From Lytechinus pictus (lineage: Eukaryota): 64,000 bases of DNA. The DNA lies in the NCBI RefSeq assembly GCF_037042905.1, contig NC_087252.1, positions 2,854,001-2,918,000 of the forward strand, in the 5' to 3' direction. The position numbers were made by a program, and so were the translations under genes. Below the pieces are notes generated by a model. That model was not told where the DNA came from and made no database searches. It saw nothing but the letters and a program-made list of their open reading frames with translations. Shown here one piece after another: positions 39,401-51,400 of the stretch. Each line of letters begins with the position of its first letter. Within the stretch, counting starts at the first letter, position 1.

Positions 39401-42400
39401 AGATTTTACAATATGGACCAACTTGATTGAACCACTTAGTATTAAACAATGCTAATTGCTCATGTTCAGGGAGGTATTAATCGTTGTTTCACACGACAAC
39501 GGAGAAAAATTGAATATTTCATATTTCATATACTAAATACAAAAAGAAGTAGTGAGTGATGTCATCGGTCTCCTCATTAGCATACCGACGAGGATGTGAA
39601 TATAACTGGTTTGTGAAATTAAGCGAAACTTTAAAATGTTGTAGGCCTACCTATTATCTTTGTGTATTTCATATAAGATTATCAAATTATTCCTTTTCAG
39701 GTGCCTCGATTGTACGTGCCCCCCAATCGGCTGCCCCCCCCCAAAAAAAAAGGGGAAAAGGAGAAAAAGAGGGATAAAGGAAGAGAAACGTAATGGGGAA
39801 AGAAGAAATTATTGTTTATTATAATGTTATATTATATCATAATTATGTTACATAAGAAGCATTTTTTTCATGACTTTATGAAACAGTTTGCTCAGGGCCT
39901 ATGTCTTCATTGTTCCTGGTGCTCGCATAGACTGTTTAACGAGATGTATAATCCTGTTGTACTAGAGCATCCCATTTTCAAATCAATATACACCAAATAT
40001 ATTTCCTCGCAATTCGAGTTATTATTGTTTTATGTAGTGACATTTGCTTCCTTTTCATGACTACTTAAAGTGATTGCCCAATTTTAAGGTCTTAATATAA
40101 AACATTTCCTGTCCGTGCTAACGTTCGCATTAGTTGATTGGTGAGATGTCTGCTCTTCATGAATTCCTAAAATCAGTCCTTAAAATGTAAATTTTTCTGA
40201 TCTGAATATCAAATATTTTCAGCTCGCGCTTCGCGCTCGCATCATTTGGTTAGTGAAATACGTAAGGACTTAGTGAATTCCTACAAACAAGCCTTAGAAT
40301 GCCCCTCTTCAGGTCTGAATTTCATAATTTTTTAGCTTGCGCTTCGCGCTCGCAGTATTTGATTAGTGAGATGCGTATGATAATCATGATGACAATGACT
40401 ACAAAAAGTGTTTCATATGTTTAGATGTAATTCTAACAAAATCAGCAAAGGGTGGCACTATCATTAGATGACTATGCTGAGATATTTATACTATTAATGG
40501 ATACCTAAAATATAGTCCATAAATGTCCCTGTTTGGGGTCAATATATACAAAAATTTCAGCTCGTGCTTCGCGCTCGCATTGTTTGTTTAGCGAGACAGG
40601 TACGTATCACGATTACAAAAAATTTGCTTATAATGTCCCTTTTAGGTCTGAATATACAAAAATTTCAGCTCGCGCCTCGCGCTCGCATTATTTAATCAGT
40701 GAGATAATTATCCGTTTAATGGCATTGCATGTCCTTAAAATTTCTATATTAGGTCAGTATACCTGGCAACTGAGCGTGCTCCCTAAGTGACACCAAATTT
40801 GTGGTGGTGCCCCCCCCCCAATGCCGTGACCCACGGCACGCCACTTGCGATTTGCGCTCGCATTATTTGATGTAAATGTATCAACCCATGAATCCTGTTC
40901 ATGATTACAAACAATATAAAATATCCAGTTTTTCAGGCCTCATGCACTGTCAGCGAATTTCACGCACTCATTAGGCTTATTAGATTAATAAATATGAAAT
41001 AAAAAAAATTATGAATTCATAACTAAATTGTCCCTTTTTCAGAAAAAAATATCGACAAGTTTTAGGAAGAGGAATAGAAGATAGGCATCATTTTATATAA
41101 TTACAAAATGTCGTTAGGCCTAAAATTTCTCGATCCTAGTTTAAAATAATAATAAAATATCTGCTCGCGCTTCGCGCTTGCATCATTTATCAAGTGCTTT
41201 CCACATCCACTTCACAATTCCCCTATATACACAGTGCTTTAAATATTGCTTTAAATTGACCCATTTCATATCGGAATTTCAAATATTATTTCCAGCTCGC
41301 GATCCGCGCTCGCATTATTGATTTTCATGATGAAAAATGAAATGTATTCAGAATGCCCAGATTCTGTCTAACTCTAAAACACGTGCACGCATGTTTATTG
41401 AGATACGCATCTTGATCTTATTCAAAACGTGCTAAAATTATCCAGTTTCAGATCAGAATATCAAAAAAATTTTGCTCGCGCTTTGCGCTCGCATTATTAA
41501 TGTAGGAAGATACCAAAAACTACCCATCATTTTTCATGAGTGACAAAACATGAATCGAGTTTCCCGTTGGGGGTTTGAAATCTAATTTTTCAGGTTGGAA
41601 ATCAAAAATGTAAAGTAAAGAAACTACAGCTCCCGTTCACACAATATTCTAGTAGGGCCTACTCTGGTGAGAAGTTAAACCAAATTGAGACCCCCCAAAA
41701 TCGCTCGCGCTTCGCGCTCCCATCGATAAAACATTATATATTCATGGAATTTTTTTTCAAGAACACATTAAAAAAGTGGTCTTTAATTGCCTTTTTTAAA
41801 ATGTGATTATGTAATAAGATAATTCAAAATACATTTAAGGCATTTCAGTTACATTTAAGTTAGCCTGGCCGGGAGGGAGGGGGCGCCATTTTTCGAAAAG
41901 TACACATGGGCGCCAAAAATCAGGTCAAATTTGGGCCCCCCTCCCCACGAAATCTTGGATCCGCGCCTGTATATATATATATATATATATATGTATATAA
42001 ATATCGGTGCTTACCCATTCTAGGGGCGTCATACCATCTGCAATCCCTGGTGGGGCGGTGAAACTGATAATACTCGCAGAGATCACCCCAGACACAGCAT
42101 GTGTAGTATGGAATAATATCGTTTATCCAAGTAGAAAGTACCGGGACAGTCTTGGGGGAATTGTAGGGCGACACTCCGTTCACAGTCACGCGGTGGGAGA
42201 AACTACCCGAAAAACTATCGCCCGCATAAACCAAATTTTCCTCATAGTCATAGCAACAGACCGAGTCAGCATTCTGAGGGCTGATTAAAAAAAATGAAGA
42301 AAAAAAGTATTCAAAATGATAAATAAATGAAAAGCGAAAAAATACCCACGAATTCGTAAACACTGTAACAATTTATAAAAGTTAAAAATAACCCTATTCC

Positions 42401-45400
42401 CCCTCCCCCATAAATGCAAACAAAAACAAACAAACAAAATATACATATTTTGCTTCTTTCGTTATTTTGATCTTTCTTTATCCCCCAACCCTCACTCCCA
42501 CTTTCTCTCTCTATCCATCCAGCTTGCCGATAATTATACTTTATAATATTATATATGCCCCATTCTATATCCGTATATCTTTAAATCCTCCTCCATCTAC
42601 CACGATATCTCCCATATCCCAACCTGTTAATGATGTTGATGACGCAGTGCTTGATGCCCTCCCGTAGGAAACAGTAATCTTCATTGTCATCGAAACCCGC
42701 TGTCGACATATCGCAGAAATCCAGCGGACGGAAACGGGCGCGGTCCGCCAGCGCCTGGCTTAGGTCGCACGGACATGGGTTCAAATCCTAATGAAGGATT
42801 GGACAAAAAATGAATCATAAATTTGAAACGACATGAACTCTGCAAAATCAATATGACATGAACATTGCACTGTTTGTCTGGGTTTCCTTCCCTTTCCTTT
42901 TGAGGCCTTTATCAATTTCAAACTCTAAGCTTAAGATGGAGGTCTCCCACATTTCAAAATGTATTATGTCAATTTATGTATATATTTTTCTGCTATTTGT
43001 TTTTATAATACAAAAAAGAAACGTATAAGATATAAATATATTTCAATTAGATTGTTAGAATGTATATATGCATGTGTTATTCATTATGTCATTTGCTTAT
43101 TGTTATGTTATGCTAAGAAAACATTATTACCCTTGTATATACTTTTGTTATTGGAATGTGGAAATAAATCAAATCAAATCAAATATATTGTCTGGATAAT
43201 AATCTTTGCAACTGGGGCGTTCCTGATCAAATACAGTATATACTTGATAATTAATCATTACCCACTTTAAATTGGCAACAATATGAACAATACCAAATCA
43301 CCATTTTCAAATGCACATTCACAACTATTCGGTATAAATGCTTTTTCGAACAATACAGATAAATGCCTGCACGTTGTAACGATTTCAAAATGAATTCATA
43401 CAGAATCCAATAAAACCACCACCCATGTGTCAGCATGTATCAATAAAAAAGTATGTGTCAAATGATTCTTGAAGTAATTCGTAATTGCTGAGAAATAAGC
43501 AGAATAGGCATGATAACTTCCATCCAAATGTCGGGTCGTTTTCTAAGCAATAAATGTACACTGTCCCATATATGCCTATTTTCCCCTTTGGAAATATTCA
43601 TATGGATCGTTTCAGCTTAGATTTCATTTTTTTTTCTTCACAAAGCTCGGTTAATGTAGTTTTACCAGATCTAGATTTAGAATGATTCTGCCGATTTTCT
43701 GGTCATTTCAGTGTTTACCGCAACTACTTTCAACTGTTTTGAATTTTGTATCATGTTTTATTCATATTTCGTCTCCTTCGAAATACGAAAATTAAAAGAA
43801 AATTAATGATTGTTGCCAATTTGAAGAGAGAGAGAGGAAAAAAGATTACTTTCGACCGTATGAAAGCTATGTACCTCAATCATGCCTCCAGCTTTAAAAT
43901 GATACATTAGACGTACCTGATCATAATTCCAAACCGGTTCATTATCCATCTTTTCATTCCATATCTCGCATTGTAAATTAGAGTAGGCACCAGGATTCCG
44001 CTGGTATTTATCATTCATCATATAACCAAGCCAGTGAACATCGCTCCAAATAGCAAAGAGGGATCTGTAAAAAAAAGATTTAAGGCTTCATATTGTTCAT
44101 ATGGATAAAAAAACGCCAATTTTGTCAGTGAAGACCATAACAACAACAACAACTACTACAACAAACAACAAACAAACCAAACCAAAACAAAACTGGACAA
44201 AACAAAATAAAATAAAACAAAACAAAGTCTGTGAGAGACATATGACAATACAATTTATATCCTACACTGTAAAAACGGTTGTGTTAAAACTGACACCAGT
44301 TGGTGTTAATAAAGGACCACACCCTGAGGTGTTAAAATTACACCATAGAGATTGAACATAACACCAAAGAGTGTAAATATAACAACCGAAGGTGTTGTAA
44401 TAACACCTATAGGTGTTAAACTAACACTGTCAATTTAACACCGGTGTAAAATAACTGGTGTGGTCCTCTATGTACACCGGTTAACACCACAGTTTTTGCT
44501 GTGTATTGAGTCTGTAACACAGAAAGTACATTTTGGAATAAAATCGGGAGCCCCCCCCTCACCCCCACTGAGAACACATTCTGAAGACGCTGCACCACTA
44601 TATATTCATAATGCATTCAACATGTTCATAGCCCTTATCAAAAGTTTTAGTTTTAATTGGTTTCCGTTATTTCATTACATTAAAAATATCTACGTTGCAT
44701 TTTATTACATCGATCGAAGCGAGCAAACAAATTTTTTCGTCCTATTTGATAAACAAATCTAAATTTGTGATAGCGTTTTACACGGTATTCAGAAAATAAT
44801 ATCATATTCCCCCCTTTCCTTCACTTTTTTTCTCCTCTCTTACATTGGTCGTAAATATTTTTGGGTCCATGCCTCCCCCCCCCCATCTGTACGCCAGTGG
44901 ATATGGTACCAGACTATTTTTCCATAAATAAACTCTGACTCGTACCTTTTGTATCGCCGGGTAATTCTGATCACACCTACAGCATTTTCTGGTGTGATAC
45001 TCCCGATGGGTTCGGGGATCCACTCATAACGTCCAGTATTCGGGGCATCATGTTCAATGTCCTCAGTTTCTTCCCAGCTCGGTACACCATCCGTTTCACT
45101 ATACGCTGTGGATTTAAAAAAAGATAAGATATTCATTCCAAATAACACTATATAAGGATTATTACCAATAAATTAATTGACATAAAACAATGAGTCTTTA
45201 TAATGAAACCACTTATCATACGAATAGACGACAACATTTATAAAAATCACCAGACCGAAATTATTTACAGAAAACAAAACCTACTATAAAACACAAGAGT
45301 GTGGAATGGAATGCTGTAAAATCAGCTGCATAAAATGATAAAAATCAACATTGTGAATCTCATTCCATTATGTCTGCTAACTATGAGAGCATAGATTGAA

Positions 45401-48400
45401 CGTACACACTGTGAAGGTGTCCACAGTTTAATGCTATGCACTTTGATTGTAACATTGTGATCCACATCTACACACCATGTACATCGTCCACTACGTGAAC
45501 ACACTGACCTTTCCAGCGATCAACTGCTTCATTAGGAACAACAACCACGATAAAGGCCCACAAGAAATGAGCATAATAATTTCAATGAACAAGTCGGCTA
45601 AATGCAGAAACTTACTTAGTAAATCAATATTGATCTGCGTGTAGTTGATTAAACTTGGGTCCCATTCTATTGCTACCTTACGGTCAGCCAACATCCAGGA
45701 CTCGCTATGAGGATTTATTCTCTTTATACCAGCCGGGACATCTCCAATGTCAACTAAAGAAGAAATAAAATTTACAGTCAAGGATCAGTGTTACAAGAGA
45801 AAAAAAGTCGGTCATCCCCAAAACATATCACTTTCTATAAATATGTATCTTCACGATTTGTCCATACAATTTAAGATGATCAGAAGTAAAATGTTTAAGC
45901 TTGGAAATAAAACTGTAATGAGTTCAATCTTAATAAGGCGTTCGTGTTAACTACGCCAGATGAAGATTTATTCCAAATCCATGAAACTTACAGAAAACGT
46001 ATATTATTAATAACATAAGCGAGGTTACGATTGTGATGATAGTAATTGTGAGAGATTCGGTGATGCTGAATATGGACAAAGGAAAAAACAAAAGACTCGT
46101 AACCTCAAGCATTGTCAAGAATGAAGATATAAAACCGATGTTGGTTTATATGTGGTGGATTAAACTGACGCATAAATGGACATGCACCTACATAACAAAA
46201 TGTAGACGACACAGAAGAGTGGGTGACGGTATTATAGGTAGGCCTATAGATTAAACTTACCTCTAGCAAAAGAAGATAAAGGTAGAGAACACGTATAGAA
46301 GAGCTTGTCCAAAGTAACAAAATACTGGATTAATGTCTCATTATACTTAACCCCCAAATAACAGAAAAATTATCACCTATATCAAATATCCCGGTGTACG
46401 GAAACGTTATAGCATCGTTGTTCGACACGCGCGTCTCGATGCGGCCGACTTGGAAAAACGTAGGTACGACGCACCAAGCTCGCTGTGAACTCATCCAGGT
46501 ACAGTTAGTAAGAGCGATGGGGTCTTCCCGTGGACCAAACTGGAGCCATATGTCGTCTTCGAGGGTGAAGCATGGTCCTTGGATGTAAAGGAACTGATGG
46601 CCAAGCATAGAGTCGAAGCGTGGGAATGTCTTCACCTCACCTACGATTGAATTAGAATTCGACTTGGTTTTGGAATCAGGACTAGTATGGATATTGGAAT
46701 TTCTATTTAATTTGCAAATTACATAAAGTATTATAAACAGAATAAGAGTTACAATACAAATTAAAAATGGCCGAATAAGAGTTGGGAATCGAAAAATGAA
46801 TTGGAATCCGAGTTGTAATTGAAACTGGAATTTCAGATTGGATTTGCAGATATGTGGACCCCTTTAAAAATTAGCTCTACTGAACATGCTATATAATACT
46901 CCCAAAGAAAGGAAATGAATAATTAAATAAAACGAATGGCAATTGAAAATTAATTGGAGCCAGAGTTGAATCAAGGTGGAAGATTGAAGGAAGAGACTTT
47001 GAACTGGAGGAGAAATCGGACTAGAAACTAGAGTTATACATATATAGACTGGCCTGAAACGGAATCGAATCAGAATTAACAGAGGCAATAAGAGCAGTAA
47101 GAGCAGACCACTTGATGCAAAGGACATGTATCGCATACATGAAACAATTCATATTGAATTGGATTTGGTAATAAGCACGAGTTACATGGAAAACACAATA
47201 TATTGTTAGCGTTATTCATTATCCGTTTAATACGAAACAGTCATACCAAAGAACCGACCCCAAACCAACCCATGGCATGCCATTAACAACAACATAACAT
47301 ATTTGATCGGTCTTGAGTTGATTTCGCCGTTGTGACTTCGGCATAAGGGAGTTTCCGCTCGGCGACGTTGGGAGGATTCAAGAACAGATTTAAACGCATT
47401 AACATCCATCAAATGACGAAGATCAGCTTGGAGGTCTTTGTCGAAAACTGCTGTACCGGAAAAGCAATTGCGTCCCAAGCTTCAGATCTGACCCCACCCC
47501 CCAAAAAAACCGTTTGTCCTGAATCAATGACTAATCTGCTGTTTTGATTAACTAATTTTCAACAAATACTTCTTGGTTCTTCAATGTCAAGAAAGGCATT
47601 TGACAATCCCTATTTTAATGTTCTTGAATCCGCCGCGCGTCGTAGACGCGAACACTAAAAATATCCTTTTGTGACGTCATGACTCACCAGCCGTTGTGCA
47701 ACCGCCGATGTCGACGCTCACCGAACTTATGTAATAGACCCACAATCCGGGAATCTCGATGTTGGATTCAGTGACGAGGTTTTTCAAGAAGGTGTTGTCA
47801 CGGGAGTATTGATGAGAGAATGACTTCGAACCGTCACCAGCGTTGAAACCAACCTGGTTGTAGATAAATGTTTTAGTTTAACTGTTTGGAATATTTTGAT
47901 TTTAACAATTTTTGAAAATGATGATTTCTGTGACCCTACATGCTATTCCACTTCAAGGGAGGTAGGGAGGTATATGATATATTTTGAACAAGGATCGGGC
48001 GATTGCACTTATGATTATCAAATAATAAATAAATAAGGGGGGGGGGGCTTGGGGAAGGTGTAATAGTTAACTCTTACTCTGCCACTGCGAATACCCCTTC
48101 ATTGCCAGGGGTATTCGAGGGAATCCTAAATTGACCGAAGCGTAAGCAGCGACTGATTTTAAAACGGCAATAAATCGATACGGCTTAACTATTAGACGCC
48201 CAGGGTTTATTTTGAAAATCAAATGAAGTAAGAAGAAGAAGAAAAGGAGGAGGGGAGGAGGAGGAGGTAGAGGAGGAGGAAGAAGAAGATGATGATGATG
48301 AAGGAGAAGAAGGGGAAGGAGGAGAAGAAGAAGATATATTACCTGTGCTGGTGTACCACCGATACCGGTTGTTGGACCTCCATTACTCTCTGTACCGGAG

Positions 48401-51400
48401 GTCCAGTCTATATTATCGTAGATAAAGATAGCAAACGTCTCGAATTCATCACTTGCGATGATACATTGGAACGAGTTCCTCTGAAAAAGAATATGATGCG
48501 ATAATAATAACAGCAATAAAAATAATAGTTTTCAAATTCAAATTAAAATAATCATTTGTTTTCTTCCATTATCTTACAAACTTTCATTTTTCAATATGAA
48601 TTATACAAAATCATTTGTCATAAAAATACATCAATAACATCATTGTTAACAGAAGAATGCGTTGATCCCTGAAATCAAAAGCTTGTGACGGGATACGCCT
48701 GTAACGCAAACATAATGGATATATATAAATAGTAATGATGGTGATGATAATAATAGTAATATTAATAATGATGATTAATAATAATAATAATAGTAATAAT
48801 TCTAATGATAATAGTAAAAATGTAATGATAATCGTTATTATTATAATAACAGTAATAATAATAATAATATTCAAAATACAAACAATGCGATAGCTAATAA
48901 TAGTCATATTTTTAAAACTCAACATAATAGTATAATACATAATTCTTGCTTGCTAGCTCAATGCATCCTTTGAAATTTCCGGCATTGCATGAGAGGTGAG
49001 AGCAAAATGTAATTATCCCACCGCTGCTACCATAAAATATTATGATTTTTTACAGAGCTCCAAATCCTATACTATAGAAGCGTGCAGGCCTATTTGGAAT
49101 TAACGATTCCTAGTACTTGGATTAATAGTATCACGAGAGAAAGAACAATTGACAGCAATCTCCTGAGATATACTAAAGCATAATTATGAAAACTAGTTCT
49201 AGTTTTAACTTATAGAGGGCATAGAAATCAAATACATCGGGCGTTTCTTTCGAAGGTATAGTGAATAGTATTCATCATGAGATGGTCTGCCAGTGCTGAT
49301 ATTTTCCATCGGGGTTGCTCCTCGAACAAAAACTAGTAATTGCCGGACCAACATCGGATAATCCAACTGTATTTGCTCACACCCGGTATATTTTTGTATA
49401 CATTAGTGATTATGTTAGTTCCATGCAACAATTAAACATACAACAAAAATGAATTCACAATGATAAATTGATGCTTCAGACATGACAGTCACAAATCAAT
49501 GTGGCTGAAAAAGCGCCCCTAAACATGCTAAAAACACTATTATCTTTCATTAGATCTGGAAAGAATATGTATAAAAAGGGAAAATAATCACAAAAATCGT
49601 AAAATTTGAAACCATTTACTTACCAAAGTAAATCCGTCAGCAATGCCGAAGAATCCGACCTCCAGCCAGGTCGCTATGACGAGGACTTTAGGCTGAAAAT
49701 CATCCCATTCCACGAATGACCTTTCGCAGAAAAATGTAAATACAAGATCTTGCAATTAGTAACGGCTAAACGCCTAAATATTAAACATTTTATCATTGTC
49801 TATAATTAGTGAATGAGCTTGAGCTGCTGCATTGTCGCCCATAATTCTACAATAAAACCATACTTCTCATTAATCGAATGCTAAATCAACAAACTACGAA
49901 AGAGACATAGGTTTCAATGCCTTTCTGAACATTGCTAGAATGTTCAGAATTTGTACATCTTACGATATACTTACGTGTGTATTTCCCCTGCAGCTCTATC
50001 CAGGAGTTCCTGTTCGGTGGTTTGTCTGTAGTAAACATACCCACGCGTTGTCATATCAACATTTCCCCAAAACGGAGCTATTAGTATCCTCTCTCTCTCC
50101 GTCGTTTCCTTTGAAAGTAAAATGAAATATAATTTGAGTTATTCAATTTCAATAAGCCAGTTCATATTCATCTCTTGTTCAGTAGCGGCGAGTGAAGCGG
50201 GAAGAGCCCATCGTTCAGGAGCGGATCCAGGTGGGGGGGGGGGGGGTAATGTAAAAATGCCATTGAAACCGAAAAGTGCCCCCCTCTCTCTTTTAAAATT
50301 GAAGACTTTTTTTTTTGCTTGTCAATTTTTTCGGGTACGAAATATCCTTAATTTGTGGTTGAAAACCTTTTTTGGGGGGGCTTGTCATGATTAAAATTTT
50401 CCTCCGAAAAATTTGCCCCCCTCCCTTTTGGAAAATCCTGGATCCGCCCCTGGCAAAGTTCAAAGCAATATATTACGTAAACTCGACTGACATTACAGGA
50501 TGCACAAACTGAATTGACCTAGTGACTAGAATAGCACACCAATGAACGCTTAATGAAGGAAGGCCTTCATTTCTTCTTTAAATTCATTCGTGCGTTATAT
50601 TACAATGTATTTGGCAAACTATTGAATACCAGTTGCTAGTTACTTTCCAGTGGATCTATTGAAAAAACGCACTTAAAACGAATGAATAATCAATACATCA
50701 AAGTTTATCTCATTGAATATTAAACCACCGTTCCTTGAGTACCTGGATCCGATCGAGCGCAGAATGGAACTAGGAACTGGCTTATTTGATTTGATTCGAT
50801 TTTAAAAGTTTTCGGTGTAAGATTGAGTAAAAATTTACACAACATTGGGTGAAAAGGAACATACACGGTGTGGCAAGATAGATGATTCATGGCTAATTTT
50901 CAACGCAACCTTGGTACATTGGAAATATTTACAGAGTATTTCATATCATTTTATTCGATGCAACATGCATGTTGTATTTTGAAACGACATTGGGTAATTT
51001 TCTGTTGAAGGTGGTTTGCCTTGACTTTGTTTGATTGGATAAAATTGATTTCATTATATTTTTCTTGTATTGTTTTATTCAATTTAACAAATATTATTAG
51101 ACTTGAGTTAAGTTAATAAGAATCTAAGAACATATTAACACGATTTATATTATTCTTATTATTATCATTAGTATTAGTAGTAGTATTATTTATTTATTTC
51201 TATATTTTAATTAATTGATTTATTATATTTATTCATTTCATCTTATTATCATTATTATTATTATTATTATTTTTTTTTGGGGGGGGCCCATGGAATTTTG
51301 ATAATATATAGCATTTTATAAGGTACCAATTCAGTAACACAATATATCCATGTGGCTTTTGCTACAGCTGCTAAATTATCTCATATTTCCTATCAATGCC

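Larger units (their letters stand above)
36494..41969. mobile_element. 5.5-kb non-autonomous composite TIR element in intron 13
   Basis: 14-bp TIR CAGGCGCGGATCCA / TGGATCCGCGCCTG, each abutting (TA)n; no transposase ORF. Confidence 0.7.

Noticed and set aside
38690..41720. Repeat-spacer-like organisation resembling a CRISPR array
   Set aside because: The repeats are degenerate, the spacing is irregular, the spacers are partly homologous, there are no cas genes, and the context is a spliceosomal intron.
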